Shown in pieces: positions 19,115 to 30,178 of a DNA stretch of 64,000 nt; position 1 is the stretch's first letter; each line of letters begins with the position of its first letter. Location of the stretch: positions 37,722-101,721 of the forward strand of contig JAINCQ010000017.1 in the NCBI GenBank assembly GCA_036574205.1, given 5' to 3'. A program made the translations under genes and the position numbers. The notes beneath the pieces were generated by a model that saw only the letters and a program-made list of their open reading frames with translations, was not told the DNA's origin and did no database searches. The DNA comes from Elusimicrobiota bacterium. Lineage in GTDB: Bacteria; Elusimicrobiota; Elusimicrobia; Elusimicrobiales; UBA9959.

Positions 19115-19188
19115 TGCCCGGTATAGGACTTGAACCTATGACCTTTCCCATGTCAAGGGAACGCGCTAGCCAGCTGCGCCAACCGGGC
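19115..19188 (-). tRNA. tRNA-Val(GAC)
   Basis: GCCCGGT acceptor stem, TTCCC-TT GAC AT-GGGAA anticodon arm, ATAGG-TTCAAGT-CCTAT T-arm; CCA not encoded. Confidence 0.96.
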
Positions 19189-19294
19189 TATAATAAATAT
19201 TATAATAAAAATTAAATAGAAAACGAAGTTTGGATTAAGAAAAATTATAAGTTATTATTTAATTTTAATATAATAGATTGTATAAGGAGAAGTT

Positions 19295-21037
19295 ATGAAT
19301 GAGAAGATTTTGAGGATAAGACATTCTTTTTCGCATGTACTGGCACTCGCTGTAAAAAGGTTGTATAAAGATGTGAAATTAGGAATTGGTCCAGCAATAG
19401 ATAATGGATTTTATTATGATTTTGATTTTGCCCAGCCCTTAAAAGAGGAAGAACTATCAAAGATAGAAGATGAGATGAGAAGGATAATAAATAGCGAACA
19501 GGAGTTTATAGGAGAAGAATGGGAAAAGGAAAAAGCAAGGAAGTATTTTTTTAAACTTGGAGAGAAATTTAAAGTTGAGCTTATTGATGATATTCAAGGT
19601 GATAAAGTTGGCATATATAAAAACGGGGAGTTTATAGATCTTTGCAAAGGACCACATGTCAAAAATACATCTGAGCTTAAAAAAGCAGCTTTTAAGCTTT
19701 CGTCTATTGCGGGGGCATATTGGAAGGGAAGCGAGAGAAATCCTATGCTTACGAGAATTTATGGACTGGCATTTGAAAATCAGAAAAAGCTTGATGAGTA
19801 TATAAAATTTCAGGAGGAGGCTGCTAAAAGAGATCATAGAGTTTTAGCGAAACAACTTGATTTATATAGTGTAAATGAATATGTTGGACCGGGGCTTATA
19901 TTGTGGCATCCAAATGGCGCTACTATAAGATTAGAGATTGAAAATTTCTGGAGAGAAAGGCATCTTGCAAGTGGCTACAAATTTGTCTATACCCCTCATA
20001 TTGGAAGGGATAATTTATGGAAAACATCAGGACATTTGGGATTTTATAAAGATGCTATGTATTCTCCTATGAAAATAGATGAGATTAATTATTATATTAA
20101 GCCAATGAACTGTCCCTTCCATATTCAGATATATAAGTCTAAGACAAGATCTTATAGAGATTTGCCACTTAGATGGGCTGAGCTTGGAACAGTTTATAGG
20201 TTTGAGAAAGCTGGTGTCCTTCATGGGCTTCTGAGGGTGAGAGGTTTTACTCAGGATGACGCTCATATAATATGTTCCAGAGAACAGGTTGAGGAAGAGG
20301 TTGAAAGAGTATTGAATTTCAGCTTAAATATCTGGGATGTTTTTGGATTTAAGGATGTAAAAGCTTATATATCCACAAAACCCAGGGATGCTATTGGTGA
20401 TGAAGAATTATGGCATAAAGCCGAAAAAAGTCTTATGTTAGCTGTGGAAAAAGAGAATCTAAAATATGAAATTGATGAGGGGGGGGGAGCGTTTTATGGG
20501 CCAAAAATAGATCTTAAAATTAAAGATGCAATAGGAAGAGAATGGCAAACAACTACAATTCAATTTGATTTCAATATGCCAGAAAGATTTCAGATGGAAT
20601 ATTCAGGATCGGATGGAAAGCTTCACCGTCCATATATGATACACAGAGCGCTATTGGGTTCGCTTGAAAGATTTTTTGGTATTTTAATAGAAAATTTTGC
20701 TGGAGCTTTTCCTACCTGGCTTAGCCCTGTTCAGGTTTATGTTCTTAATATAACAAGTGAGCAAGAGCGATATGCAAAATCTATATATGATAAACTTATA
20801 GAAAATGGGATAAGAACAGAAGTAGATTTTTCAACAGAGCCTATATCCGGAAAAATAAGGGCTGCAACGCTTTTAAAACCACCGTATATTTTGATAGTTG
20901 GAAAGAAAGAGATGGAAAAAAATCTTATATCAATAAAGATCAGAGGAAATAAAAATATTTATGATATAGATTTAAATGACTTCATCTCAAAAATAAAAGA
21001 AGAGATAAAAACAAGGAAGTTAACGCTTTCATATTGA
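19295..21037 (+). CDS. thrS: Threonine--tRNA ligase (lacks N-terminal TGS domain)
   Basis: RHS..H, DLCKGPH, RDHR, KPMNCP, RVRGFTQDDAH, AFYGPKID and HRA..GS.ERF motifs. Confidence 0.97.
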   Translation: MNEKILRIRHSFSHVLALAVKRLYKDVKLGIGPAIDNGFYYDFDFAQPLKEEELSKIEDEMRRIINSEQEFIGEEWEKEKARKYFFKLGEKFKVELIDDIQGDKVGIYKNGEFIDLCKGPHVKNTSELKKAAFKLSSIAGAYWKGSERNPMLTRIYGLAFENQKKLDEYIKFQEEAAKRDHRVLAKQLDLYSVNEYVGPGLILWHPNGATIRLEIENFWRERHLASGYKFVYTPHIGRDNLWKTSGHLGFYKDAMYSPMKIDEINYYIKPMNCPFHIQIYKSKTRSYRDLPLRWAELGTVYRFEKAGVLHGLLRVRGFTQDDAHIICSREQVEEEVERVLNFSLNIWDVFGFKDVKAYISTKPRDAIGDEELWHKAEKSLMLAVEKENLKYEIDEGGGAFYGPKIDLKIKDAIGREWQTTTIQFDFNMPERFQMEYSGSDGKLHRPYMIHRALLGSLERFFGILIENFAGAFPTWLSPVQVYVLNITSEQERYAKSIYDKLIENGIRTEVDFSTEPISGKIRAATLLKPPYILIVGKKEMEKNLISIKIRGNKNIYDIDLNDFISKIKEEIKTRKLTLSY

Positions 21038-21199
21038 ATAAAACCTAAAATTATATTTTCTCAAAATTTTTTTGTAAGACTTTCTATAAATTACAGGATA
21101 GTACTATTGTTTGATTGAAATTTAGGTCCTATGTCCCTTAACATTATGATTTAATGCATTAAAATATAAATATGTCTTGTTAAATCCGGAGGAAAATTT

Positions 21200-22390
21200 A
21201 TGATTAAAATAATATTGTTATCACTTTTAATCTTTAATTCAACAAAACTTTTTTCAATTGATCTTGACAATCCCTTGCCAAACTGGCTTGACCTGAAAAG
21301 AGAAATAAAACATGAAAAAAACATAAGACTTCCTAAAATAAAAATTGTTCCGCCTTCTGATTTTAGAATACCAGCGGAATATGAACCTGCTGCCGCTGTT
21401 TTAATATCTTATGCAGGTTATACCTCAATGTTAAGCAACATAGCAAAGGCTGTAACAAATAACACAAATGCTCATATATGGGTTATGTCTGGACCTTCTT
21501 CTATGAGCGGGGTCCCAAAAGATAAGTATGTCAATTTTTCTATACCAATAGACACAGTGTGGATGAGAGATTACGGACCTTTTGGGCTTTCTAAAAAACA
21601 GGAAAAACTTGGAATAGTTGATACGGTATACAGGCATTATCAATATAGAACAGATGATGACGCCGTCCCTAAAAAAATAGGAGAGGCTAAAGGGATAAAC
21701 GTTTATAGCGCAGATATAATACTTGATGGTGGAAATTTTATGGTGGATAGTTACGGTAATCTATTTATGACTGAAAGGACCTATATATGGAACAGCAACA
21801 AATCAAAAGATCAGGTTAATTCTATATTGAAGGATTACTTTAAAATAAAGAATATTTATACTTTTGAATATGCCGGGTATCCTGGCGAGCCTTATGATGG
21901 TACAGGGCATATTGATATGTTTATGAAACTTTTAAATGATAATACTGTTTTGATTGCTGATACCGATGTGGAGCCTTTTAAATCTGTTTTCAATAAAGCT
22001 GCTGAGTTTTTTAAGGAAAGGAATGCTCCAAATGGAAAACCTTATAGAGTTTTAAGGGTTAAGGGTTATTATAAAAACAATGTTTGGTATACTTATACAA
22101 ATTCTCTTATAGTTAACGGTTATGTATTGATGCCTTCTTATTCAAGTTATTCTTCTTCCAATCTGGATGCTCAAAGGATATATGAAGAAGCGGGACTAAA
22201 AGTTTTGGCGATTAATTCCGATTCATCTATAACCGCAGGGGGGTCAATTCACTGTGTTACTCAGGTAATTCCTGATATAGGAAAAATAATAAAAAAGGAA
22301 GCAGAATCTGAAAAGAATATCTCGGTTGATGATGTGGGGGTAAACACCATTGATTGGATAATTGATTCAGCAACTAATTTTACAAGATAA
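21200..22390 (+). CDS. Secreted agmatine/peptidyl-arginine deiminase family protein
   Basis: Signal peptide; PAEYE, WMRDYGP, DGGN, GHIDMF and GGSIHCVT motifs. Confidence 0.88.
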   Translation: MIKIILLSLLIFNSTKLFSIDLDNPLPNWLDLKREIKHEKNIRLPKIKIVPPSDFRIPAEYEPAAAVLISYAGYTSMLSNIAKAVTNNTNAHIWVMSGPSSMSGVPKDKYVNFSIPIDTVWMRDYGPFGLSKKQEKLGIVDTVYRHYQYRTDDDAVPKKIGEAKGINVYSADIILDGGNFMVDSYGNLFMTERTYIWNSNKSKDQVNSILKDYFKIKNIYTFEYAGYPGEPYDGTGHIDMFMKLLNDNTVLIADTDVEPFKSVFNKAAEFFKERNAPNGKPYRVLRVKGYYKNNVWYTYTNSLIVNGYVLMPSYSSYSSSNLDAQRIYEEAGLKVLAINSDSSITAGGSIHCVTQVIPDIGKIIKKEAESEKNISVDDVGVNTIDWIIDSATNFTR

Positions 22391-22395
22391 GTCTT

Positions 22396-23496
22396 TTATT
22401 TTTTGGGAAGATATATTCTAAATGATGCTCCGCGACTATCATTTCTGTTTGAGGCGTATATATAGCCATTATGATTTTTTATTATTCCATAGGTACTTGA
22501 AAGTCCAAGTCCAGTTCCTTTTCCCTTTAGTTTTGTTGTAAAAAAAGGCTCAAAAAGATGTTTTGCCGCATCTTCACTTATTCCTTTTCCAGTATCCATT
22601 ATTTCTATTACCGAATATTCTCCTTCATGATATGGTTCTTCATATTCTGAAGTAGTAGTTTTAGAGTATGTTTTTATAATAATTTCTCCAACTCCATCTA
22701 TTGCGTCCTTTGCGTTTGAAGTGAGATTTAATATAGCCTGTTTTATCAACTGTTCGTCAATATTTATTTTAGGGATGTTTTCTGAAAGCTGGATATTAAG
22801 AGTTATTTTGGAAGATACTTGAGATTGGATAAGCGGAATCATATCTGTTATTATTTGATTTAAAGAGGCTTCAGTATATATAGGTTGATGCTTCCTTGAA
22901 AACATTAAAAGTTGTTTTATGATTTTTGCCTGTTCTTTTGCACTTTTCAAAATCTCATCGGCAAGCTGGTAATGTACCAACTTTTTGTCTATATCGTCTT
23001 TTATTAACTCAAGTCCGCCTATTATTACTGTAAGAAAGTTATTAAAATCATGAGCAAGTTCTCCTACCATAAGCGCAACAGATTCAAGTTTTTGAGATTC
23101 TATAAGCTTATTTTCGAGTTCTATTATTTGAGTTATATCTTCTTCTCTTGATAAAAAATATTTTATTTCTCCATCTACTTTTATAGGTTGTATAGTTATC
23201 CTTAATTGGTATAGACTTCCATCTTTTCTTTTGTTTATCATTCTTGAAGAGAAAAAATTACCTTTTAAAATAGTGTTCCAGAGTTTTTTATATAATTCTT
23301 CATTATGCGTCCCACTTTTGAATATGGAGGTTTTCTTGCCTATTAACTCATCAATAGAATAACCTGTAGTTCTGGTTACTGAAGAATTTGCATATATTAT
23401 AATCCCATTTATATCGGTTATAAGATAGGGGACAAGAGTTTGATCTATTGCGCATTTTAATATCTTTGATAAATCTAAATCTGAATTTACTTCCAT
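22396..23496 (-). CDS. Cytoplasmic PAS-domain sensor histidine kinase
   Basis: PAS (ITD..G.I.YAN...TGY), H-box AHDFNN, N-box NL..NA.DA, DTGKG, FEPFFTTK and GTGLGL motifs. Confidence 0.92.
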   Translation of the reverse strand: MEVNSDLDLSKILKCAIDQTLVPYLITDINGIIIYANSSVTRTTGYSIDELIGKKTSIFKSGTHNEELYKKLWNTILKGNFFSSRMINKRKDGSLYQLRITIQPIKVDGEIKYFLSREEDITQIIELENKLIESQKLESVALMVGELAHDFNNFLTVIIGGLELIKDDIDKKLVHYQLADEILKSAKEQAKIIKQLLMFSRKHQPIYTEASLNQIITDMIPLIQSQVSSKITLNIQLSENIPKINIDEQLIKQAILNLTSNAKDAIDGVGEIIIKTYSKTTTSEYEEPYHEGEYSVIEIMDTGKGISEDAAKHLFEPFFTTKLKGKGTGLGLSSTYGIIKNHNGYIYASNRNDSRGASFRIYLPKK

Positions 23497-23590
23497 AATA
23501 TGATTATATAAAATTTTAAAATGGAAACTTTATGATAATACTCGTACAAAAACTTGAATTTTTTTGTTTTTTTTGGTAATATAGTATATT

Positions 23591-23890
23591 ATGTATGCAA
23601 TAATTAAAACAGGTGGAAAACAGTACCGGGTTGTTCCGGGAAAAACTTTAAAGATTGAGAAAGTTAACGCCAAAGTTGGTGAAGAAATAGAATTTGAAGC
23701 ACTTTGGTCTAGCGGAGAAAACAATAGTGTCTCATCAAATAAGGGAAAAGTTGTTGCTACAGTCATAAGACACTTAAAAAGCCCAAAGATCATAGTTTTT
23801 AAGAAAAAACCAAAGAAAGCCTATGAGAAATCAAAAGGACACAGGCAATCTCTTAGTGAAATAAGAATAAAAGATATCCATTTGTCGTAA
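23591..23890 (+). CDS. rplU: 50S ribosomal protein L21
   Basis: [14 protein letters not shown] ... GHRQ. Confidence 0.97.
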   Translation: MYAIIKTGGKQYRVVPGKTLKIEKVNAKVGEEIEFEALWSSGENNSVSSNKGKVVATVIRHLKSPKIIVFKKKPKKAYEKSKGHRQSLSEIRIKDIHLS

Positions 23891-23900
23891 GGAGTATATC

Positions 23901-24158
23901 ATGGCACATACTAAATCTCAGGGTTCATCTACTAATGGAAGAGATAGTAATCCAAAATACCTGGGTGTGAAAAGATATGGTGGGCAGTTTGTAAAAGCTG
24001 GAGAGATTATAGTCAGACAAAGAGGAAGTAAATTTTTACCGGGGCTTAATGTAAGATCTTCAAGGGATTTTACCTTATTTGCAATTAAAAGTGGGATAGT
24101 TAAATTTGAATATTTTAAGAAAGGCAAACAGCAGGTAAGTGTTTATCCTCAATCCTGA
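23901..24158 (+). CDS. rpmA: 50S ribosomal protein L27
   Basis: MAH.K..GSS.NGRDS...LGVK...IIVRQRG. Confidence 0.97.
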   Translation: MAHTKSQGSSTNGRDSNPKYLGVKRYGGQFVKAGEIIVRQRGSKFLPGLNVRSSRDFTLFAIKSGIVKFEYFKKGKQQVSVYPQS

Positions 24159-24203
24159 TAAAAACCATTTATTTTCTACCTAAAAAATCAATACAAAAAA
24201 AAT

Positions 24204-25475
24204 ATGGATGTTAAAGATTTTGTAGATAAGGTAAAGGTATATTTAAAAGCTGGGGACGGGGGTAATGGCTGCGCATCTTTTAGAAGAGAAAAATATGTTC
24301 CTTTCGGTGGACCAGATGGTGGAAATGGCGGCGATGGCGGAAGTATTTATATAGTGGCTTCAAAAGATTTGAATACCTTAACACGTTTGGCTTTAAACCC
24401 TCATATAAAAGCGGAAAGTGGAGAGCATGGAAAAGGATCAAATAAATTTGGCAAAAAAGCCAATGATTTATTCGTATATGTTCCAATTGGGACTGTTGTA
24501 AAGGATATACAGGGTAATGTTTTGTGTGATTTAATTAAGGATGGAGATAAATTTTTAGCGGCAAAGGGGGGATGTGGAGGGCGAGGAAATGCTGCTTTTA
24601 AAACATCTGTAAATAAAGCTCCGTCTTTCTTTGAAAAAGGTGAAAAGGGAGAAGAAAAAACTCTTATACTCGAACTTCTTGTAATAGCAGATATTGGAAT
24701 TATAGGATTCCCGAATGCGGGGAAATCAACGTTTCTTTCCAGGATTACAAAAGCAACTCCGAAAATAGCCGATTATCCTTTCACAACATTAAATCCCAAT
24801 ATTGGAGTTTGTTTTCATAAAGGCAGGTCTATTATTGTTGCTGATATCCCTGGGCTTATAGAAGGTGCAAGTGAAGGCAAGGGGCTTGGCGATAATTTCC
24901 TTAAACATATTTCAAGAACAAAAATTCTTTTACATCTTGTTGACCCCCTTGGCTTTTATAATGTAAATCCTATAAAATCCATTGAGATAATAAATAAAGA
25001 ACTTAAAAAATATTCACCTGAACTTATGAAAAAGGAAAAAATAATAGCTATTAATAAATCGGATATTATTCAATCACTAAAAATTTATGAAAAGATTAAG
25101 AAAAAGTATAAAAAGGATAAGGTTTTTCTTATTTCTGCCGTCACAGGAACAGGGATAAATCCACTACTTGACTATATACTTCAAAGAATTGACAAAATAA
25201 AACCTGATGAAAAAAAAATTTCTATTGTAAAAAAAGTTATTAAAATGGAAAAAGGATTTGAGATAGAAAAATATGGTGAAAAATTTTGTGTAAAAGGATT
25301 AAGTGTAGAAAAAATTGTGGATAAAACGGATTTAAATAATGAGGAAGCATTAAAACGACTTTTTAATATTTTCAGGAAAATAGGACTGATTAAAGAGCTT
25401 CTTAAAAAAGGTATCAAGGAAGGCGATACCGTTTTAATAGGAAAAGAAGAGTTTATCTGGAAAAATTATTATTAA
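24204..25475 (+). CDS. obgE: GTPase ObgE/CgtA
   Basis: Gly-rich Obg fold, [18 protein letters not shown] and NKSD motifs; C-terminal OCT-like domain. Confidence 0.97.
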   Translation: MDVKDFVDKVKVYLKAGDGGNGCASFRREKYVPFGGPDGGNGGDGGSIYIVASKDLNTLTRLALNPHIKAESGEHGKGSNKFGKKANDLFVYVPIGTVVKDIQGNVLCDLIKDGDKFLAAKGGCGGRGNAAFKTSVNKAPSFFEKGEKGEEKTLILELLVIADIGIIGFPNAGKSTFLSRITKATPKIADYPFTTLNPNIGVCFHKGRSIIVADIPGLIEGASEGKGLGDNFLKHISRTKILLHLVDPLGFYNVNPIKSIEIINKELKKYSPELMKKEKIIAINKSDIIQSLKIYEKIKKKYKKDKVFLISAVTGTGINPLLDYILQRIDKIKPDEKKISIVKKVIKMEKGFEIEKYGEKFCVKGLSVEKIVDKTDLNNEEALKRLFNIFRKIGLIKELLKKGIKEGDTVLIGKEEFIWKNYY

Positions 25476-27165
25476 GATAGTCCTTAATTAATTTACTTCT
25501 TGATGGATGCCTTAACTTTCTTATTGCTTTCGCCTCTATCTGTCTTACTCTTTCTCTGGTGACCCTGAATATTTTTCCAACTTCCTCAAGTGTTCTTGGA
25601 TATCCAGTATCTATGCCAAATCTGAGTTTTAATATTTTGGCTTCCCTTGGAGTTAAGGTATCAAGTATTTTATTAACCTCTCTTTTCCTTAATATGTCTA
25701 CAACTGAGTTTGAAGGAGGAGCGGCATATCTGTCTTCTATAAAATCTTCTAAGGATGAATCCTCATCTTCACCTATTGGGGTTGCAAGTGAAACAGGGTC
25801 CTGCATTATCTTAAGCGCAGTTTTAACTTTATCAACAGAAATTTTGAGTTTTTGGGCATATTCGGTTACATCTGGATCTTTACCATGTTCCTGTCTATAT
25901 TTTTTTGCAACTTTCATAAGTTTTGAAACAAGCTCCTTCATATGAACAGGTATTCTGATCGTTCTTGATTGATCTGCTATGGCTCTGTTTATGGACTGTC
26001 TTATCCACCAAGTGGCATATGTGGAAAATTTAAAACCTCTTTTATATTCAAATTTTTCCACAGCTTTCATAAGTCCAAGTCCTCCCTCCTGGATCAAATC
26101 AGAAAGCTCAAGGTTAGAATTTATATGTTTTTTAGCTATTGAGACAACAAGCCTTAGATTAGCTTTTATTAATTTTAATTTATCCTGTAATATCTGATCT
26201 TCAAGAAAAAGTATCTTATTATTAAGAGCAAGAAACTCGTCAATATTTTGAGGTATTGTTTTTATAAGCATCTGTTGTTTTTGAATTATGTTTCTTATAT
26301 TTTCAACTGCTGCTTCAACTTCTTTTGGGAAAAAACCATGCAGTTTTTTAAACTCTTCTTTTGATATTCTGTTTTTTTCATATTTATCATAATTTGAAAG
26401 AAGTGTTTGAATATCTCCATACAACTTATTATATCTCTCAATCTCATTTTTAATTTCTTTTATTTTAGATGCCATGTTTTTTATTTTGTTAATAAGCCTT
26501 TTTATCTTTTCCTGATTAAGATTTAAATCAAGAATATTTTTTACAATTAAATGCTTTTTTTCCTCAATTTTCCCCTGAATTTTATTTTTTTCTTCATCAG
26601 TTGTTTTTGATTTTAATTTCTCCTGAAGCGCTGTTATTTCTTTTTCTATTTTAGTTATGGTTCTTACAACTTTTTTCATCTTTTTTTTCATTGTTGCAAG
26701 TTCTTTTTCAGTCTTTCTTCCTCTAGGCATAAGCTCTTTTGTGGTCATTTCTTCCTGCTCTATCAAGGTTTCCCAGTTTTTTATTTCTCTCATAGTAAGC
26801 GGACATTGCAAAACAAGGGTTTTAAGTACTTTTTCTCTTTCTTTTATATTCCTTGATAAGGTTAACTCTTCATCCCTTGTTAAAAGTGGTGTCTTTCCCA
26901 TTTCGGAAAGATACATCTTTATAGAGTTAGATACATCGGTTGAAAAAGATGTCCACTCATCCCCTAAAAAATCTTTTTCTGATGATTTGACTTTTTGTCT
27001 CTCCCTGACCTCTATGCCAAGGTCTTCAAGGGTTGACATAAAACTATCAACTTCTTCAGGGGTCATTGACGAACTTGACATTGATTTGCTTATTTCATCA
27101 AGGGTTATATATCCATATTCCTTGCCTATTTCTATAAGGTCTCTGAGTTGTTTTTGAGTTGACAT
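25453..27165 (-). CDS. rpoD: RNA polymerase primary sigma factor
   Basis: Region 1.1, [34 protein letters not shown], region 4 [17 protein letters not shown]; located downstream of dnaG. Confidence 0.96.
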   Translation of the reverse strand: MSTQKQLRDLIEIGKEYGYITLDEISKSMSSSSMTPEEVDSFMSTLEDLGIEVRERQKVKSSEKDFLGDEWTSFSTDVSNSIKMYLSEMGKTPLLTRDEELTLSRNIKEREKVLKTLVLQCPLTMREIKNWETLIEQEEMTTKELMPRGRKTEKELATMKKKMKKVVRTITKIEKEITALQEKLKSKTTDEEKNKIQGKIEEKKHLIVKNILDLNLNQEKIKRLINKIKNMASKIKEIKNEIERYNKLYGDIQTLLSNYDKYEKNRISKEEFKKLHGFFPKEVEAAVENIRNIIQKQQMLIKTIPQNIDEFLALNNKILFLEDQILQDKLKLIKANLRLVVSIAKKHINSNLELSDLIQEGGLGLMKAVEKFEYKRGFKFSTYATWWIRQSINRAIADQSRTIRIPVHMKELVSKLMKVAKKYRQEHGKDPDVTEYAQKLKISVDKVKTALKIMQDPVSLATPIGEDEDSSLEDFIEDRYAAPPSNSVVDILRKREVNKILDTLTPREAKILKLRFGIDTGYPRTLEEVGKIFRVTRERVRQIEAKAIRKLRHPSRSKLIKDYLNNNFSR

Positions 27166-27174
27166 ATTTTCTCC

Positions 27175-28896
27175 TTATATTTTTAGATTTTTAAGTTTTA
27201 TGGATAACTCGTTAAATCTTTTTAGCTCCTCAGGTGTTAATTCATTAACTCTTGATTTAAGTGAATTCCATTCTCTTTCCATAGAATTCTTTTTTATCAT
27301 TAGTACCACTTTGTGAAAGTTGGTAGCATTTTTTATCTCTTCTTCGTTTTTTTCTTCTATCATTATTTTCATTATCTTGTTTTTATATTGTGGTATTTTT
27401 TCTATGAGTACATCTATTATTTTTGAATTTTGAAAATTATTTTTTATTGTCTCATATATTTTTCTGGCAAAATCTGATCTCAAATCTTCTTCTGAAAGCT
27501 CTTCCATTTCCACTATGGACATAAACTCAGGTCTTTTTATAAGTATTTCTGCAAAGTTTTCCTCTATAACCATATCTTCATTTTCTGAGATTTTGATTTG
27601 CTGTCTTGTTTCCTTAGTGTTTTTATCTAAATAATTTTTTATTGCCGATTCTGAGATGGAAAGCTCCGCAGAAATCTTTTTTATCCATTCATCTTTTATA
27701 ATTTCATTTTTTTGTTTTGACAAGGTTGTTGCCATAAACTCAAGGATCTTCATTTTTTTTTCTGGTGTAAGCTTGTGGTTTTTCTTTCTTACAATATCTA
27801 TTTTAAATTCTATGGGATCTTTAGCTGTGTTTATCAGTTTAATCATCTCATCAGTGCCTTTCTTTAATAGAAATTCGTCTGGATCATTTTTTTCATCAAG
27901 AAGGGCTATCCTGGGGTAAACTCCAACATCTATTATAATATCTGCCGCTTTAAGCGCGGCATTTATACCGGCTGAATCTGAATCAAACATTATTATGATT
28001 TCTTCCGCGCAGTTTTTTAAAGAGTTTGCATGATCGTAAGTAAAAGAGGTGCCGAGGGGGGAAACTGAAATATTAAAAAGATATTGATGCATCATCATCA
28101 CATCCATATAGCCTTCAACAATAATCGCTTTTTTTGTTTTCCTTATGTTGGAGATTGCTTCGTAAATTCCAAACAGTGTTTTTCTTTTCATAAATACAGG
28201 AGTTTCTGAAGAATTAATGTATTTTGGCTGCTGATCGCTTGATATACTCCTTCCGCCAAAAGCTATCACTGATCCGGATATGGATTTTATTGGTATCATT
28301 ATCCTGTTTCTAAAAGCATCCATAATATTGCCTGAGGAAGATATAGCAAGCTGAGATTTAAGTATTAGATTTTCGGGATATTTTTTTGAAAGTTCTTTGA
28401 AAACCAGATCATATGAATCTGGAGCATATCCAATACCAAAATGTGCTATAGTTTCGCTTTTAAATCCTCTATCCATAAGTATTTTCATCGCTTTTTTGCC
28501 CTCTGATGATTTTAAATATTTCTGAAACATAAACATTGCATCAAGATTTATTTGTTTAATAAGTATCTTTTCTTTTTCTTCCTCCGAAGAATCGTTTAAA
28601 AGGTCCATGTCTATAGAAATATTAGCTTTTACAGCAAGTTTCTTCAAGGTTTCTACATAGGTGAGATTCTCATATTTACTTACAAATTTAATCAAGTCCC
28701 CGCCAGTATTGCATCCAAAGCAGTAAAAAATCTGCTTTTCTCTGCTTACAGTAAAAGAGGGCGTTTTTTCGCTGTGAAAAGGGCATAAAGCAACATAATT
28801 TCGCCCTCTCTGCCTTAGTCCTGGCAAATACTCGCGGATAACATCAACTATATCAAGTTTATCCTTGATTTCATTTGCTATTTTATGATAATCCAT
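27175..28896 (-). CDS. dnaG: DNA primase
   Basis: CPFH.EKTPSF...CFGC zinc finger, FRNR...P, KYINS.ET, EGYMD and FDSD.AG Toprim motifs. Confidence 0.97.
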   Translation of the reverse strand: MDYHKIANEIKDKLDIVDVIREYLPGLRQRGRNYVALCPFHSEKTPSFTVSREKQIFYCFGCNTGGDLIKFVSKYENLTYVETLKKLAVKANISIDMDLLNDSSEEEKEKILIKQINLDAMFMFQKYLKSSEGKKAMKILMDRGFKSETIAHFGIGYAPDSYDLVFKELSKKYPENLILKSQLAISSSGNIMDAFRNRIMIPIKSISGSVIAFGGRSISSDQQPKYINSSETPVFMKRKTLFGIYEAISNIRKTKKAIIVEGYMDVMMMHQYLFNISVSPLGTSFTYDHANSLKNCAEEIIIMFDSDSAGINAALKAADIIIDVGVYPRIALLDEKNDPDEFLLKKGTDEMIKLINTAKDPIEFKIDIVRKKNHKLTPEKKMKILEFMATTLSKQKNEIIKDEWIKKISAELSISESAIKNYLDKNTKETRQQIKISENEDMVIEENFAEILIKRPEFMSIVEMEELSEEDLRSDFARKIYETIKNNFQNSKIIDVLIEKIPQYKNKIMKIMIEEKNEEEIKNATNFHKVVLMIKKNSMEREWNSLKSRVNELTPEELKRFNELSIKLKNLKI

Positions 28897-28905
28897 TTAA
28901 TGGAT

Positions 28906-29097
28906 TTATTTCCTGGAATTCAATTTCCTGAGTTTTCTTTTAAGTTCCTGCCTCTTAATTTTTTTCTTAAGGCTTGGAGAAATATAAAACTCCCTTTTTT
29001 TAATTTCTCTCAATATAGAGTTTTTCTCACACTCATGTTTGAATCTCTTTATAGCATCCTCCGGGGATTCGTTTTCTCTTACTCTTACGTATACCAA
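28906..29097 (-). CDS. rpsU: 30S ribosomal protein S21
   Basis: V.VRENE..E.AI.RFK...ILRE.KKRE.Y..PS; TTG start after GAGGTG RBS. Confidence 0.93.
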   Translation of the reverse strand: MVYVRVRENESPEDAIKRFKHECEKNSILREIKKREFYISPSLKKKIKRQELKRKLRKLNSRK

Positions 29098-29137
29098 GTT
29101 AATCACCTCTCTTTTTTGATTATTTAAATTTCAAAAA

Positions 29138-29473
29138 TCATCCTGGAGGCCAGATAAACCTTCTACCGGCCATAAAATGATAATGAATATGAAAAACGCT
29201 TTGTCCGGCTTTGCTTCCACAGTTAGAGACTATTCTGAAATTTGATATTTTCAATTTTTCTGCTATTATTTTAGAAGTATAATTTAATTTCCCAAGTAGT
29301 GTGATATCTTCTTCATTAGCATCAATAAGACTATTTATGTGTTTTTTGGGAACTATAAGAATATGGACCGGAGCCTGCGGATTTAAGTCATTAAAAGCAA
29401 TTATATCATTATCTTCATAAACTATAGTTGATTTAACTTCTTTTAATGCTATTTTGCAAAATATACAATCCAT
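29138..29473 (-). CDS. HIT family nucleotide-binding protein
   Basis: DCIFCKI, PQAPVHIL and GQSVFHIHYH motifs. Confidence 0.95.
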   Translation of the reverse strand: MDCIFCKIALKEVKSTIVYEDNDIIAFNDLNPQAPVHILIVPKKHINSLIDANEEDITLLGKLNYTSKIIAEKLKISNFRIVSNCGSKAGQSVFHIHYHFMAGRRFIWPPG

Positions 29474-29596
29474 GATAACCCTGACTAAACTGCAAATATT
29501 CTATATACAAATTACATTATAGCATATTTAAAAAGATAAAAAAAGAATTACAAATTAAAACTATTTCAGATTTTTAAAGGTTTACTACTGCTTGAT

Positions 29597-30178
29597 TTAA
29601 TATTCTGAAAGCGGCAGAATAATTTCATTGAATTTGCCGGGTGTATAGGAAAGTTTATTTATGGATTTTGGATTTCTTTTTATTCTTATTGCACTAATAC
29701 CTGCCTTTTTTGCCTGTGTAATGCCTTCATCAGAGTTAGCGAAAAATAGAATATATTTTTTTGACTCAAGTATTTCGTATTTCTGGTTTTGGTCCGATAC
29801 AAAATATATTGAAGATGAAATCTCTTTCCATTTTTTTATTATACCGGATGAGTTTATATCTGGTCTGTCTGCAATTATGTCAATCTTAAAGCCAAATATT
29901 TTTAAAAAAAACATAGTTAGAAATGGGATGATTTTAGTTCTTTCATAATCAGAATAAAGGTTTAATCTCGAATTAAAATCATCTCCAGCTTCTATGGCTT
30001 TTTGATAAGCGTCTCTGGAATAAACTATACCATCATCATATTCAAAAGCCGCTGAAAAATTACATATACTTATGGTTGAATGGATCACTGCCCATATAGC
30101 AAATAGATAACAAAATTTTTTAAATCTATCATACCATTTTACAATAAACCCTTTTATGCTTTCAAATATTCCTTTCAT
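29597..30178 (-). CDS. Class B acid phosphatase (AphA)-like HAD protein with degenerate active site
   Basis: FEYDDGIVYS resembles FDIDDTVLFS; FANSDEGITQAKKAG...IRIKR...S and C-terminal G.F.E.I...SEY follow the AphA pattern. Confidence 0.65.
   Translation of the reverse strand: MKGIFESIKGFIVKWYDRFKKFCYLFAIWAVIHSTISICNFSAAFEYDDGIVYSRDAYQKAIEAGDDFNSRLNLYSDYERTKIIPFLTMFFLKIFGFKIDIIADRPDINSSGIIKKWKEISSSIYFVSDQNQKYEILESKKYILFFANSDEGITQAKKAGISAIRIKRNPKSINKLSYTPGKFNEIILPLSEY

Noticed and set aside
20479..20487. G9 tract in thrS as a phase-variation site
   Set aside because: In frame, encodes the conserved EGGGAFYGPK motif of an essential gene.
25453..25475. 23-bp convergent overlap of obgE and rpoD 3' ends
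   Set aside because: Short tail-to-tail overlaps are common in compact AT-rich genomes; no further signal.
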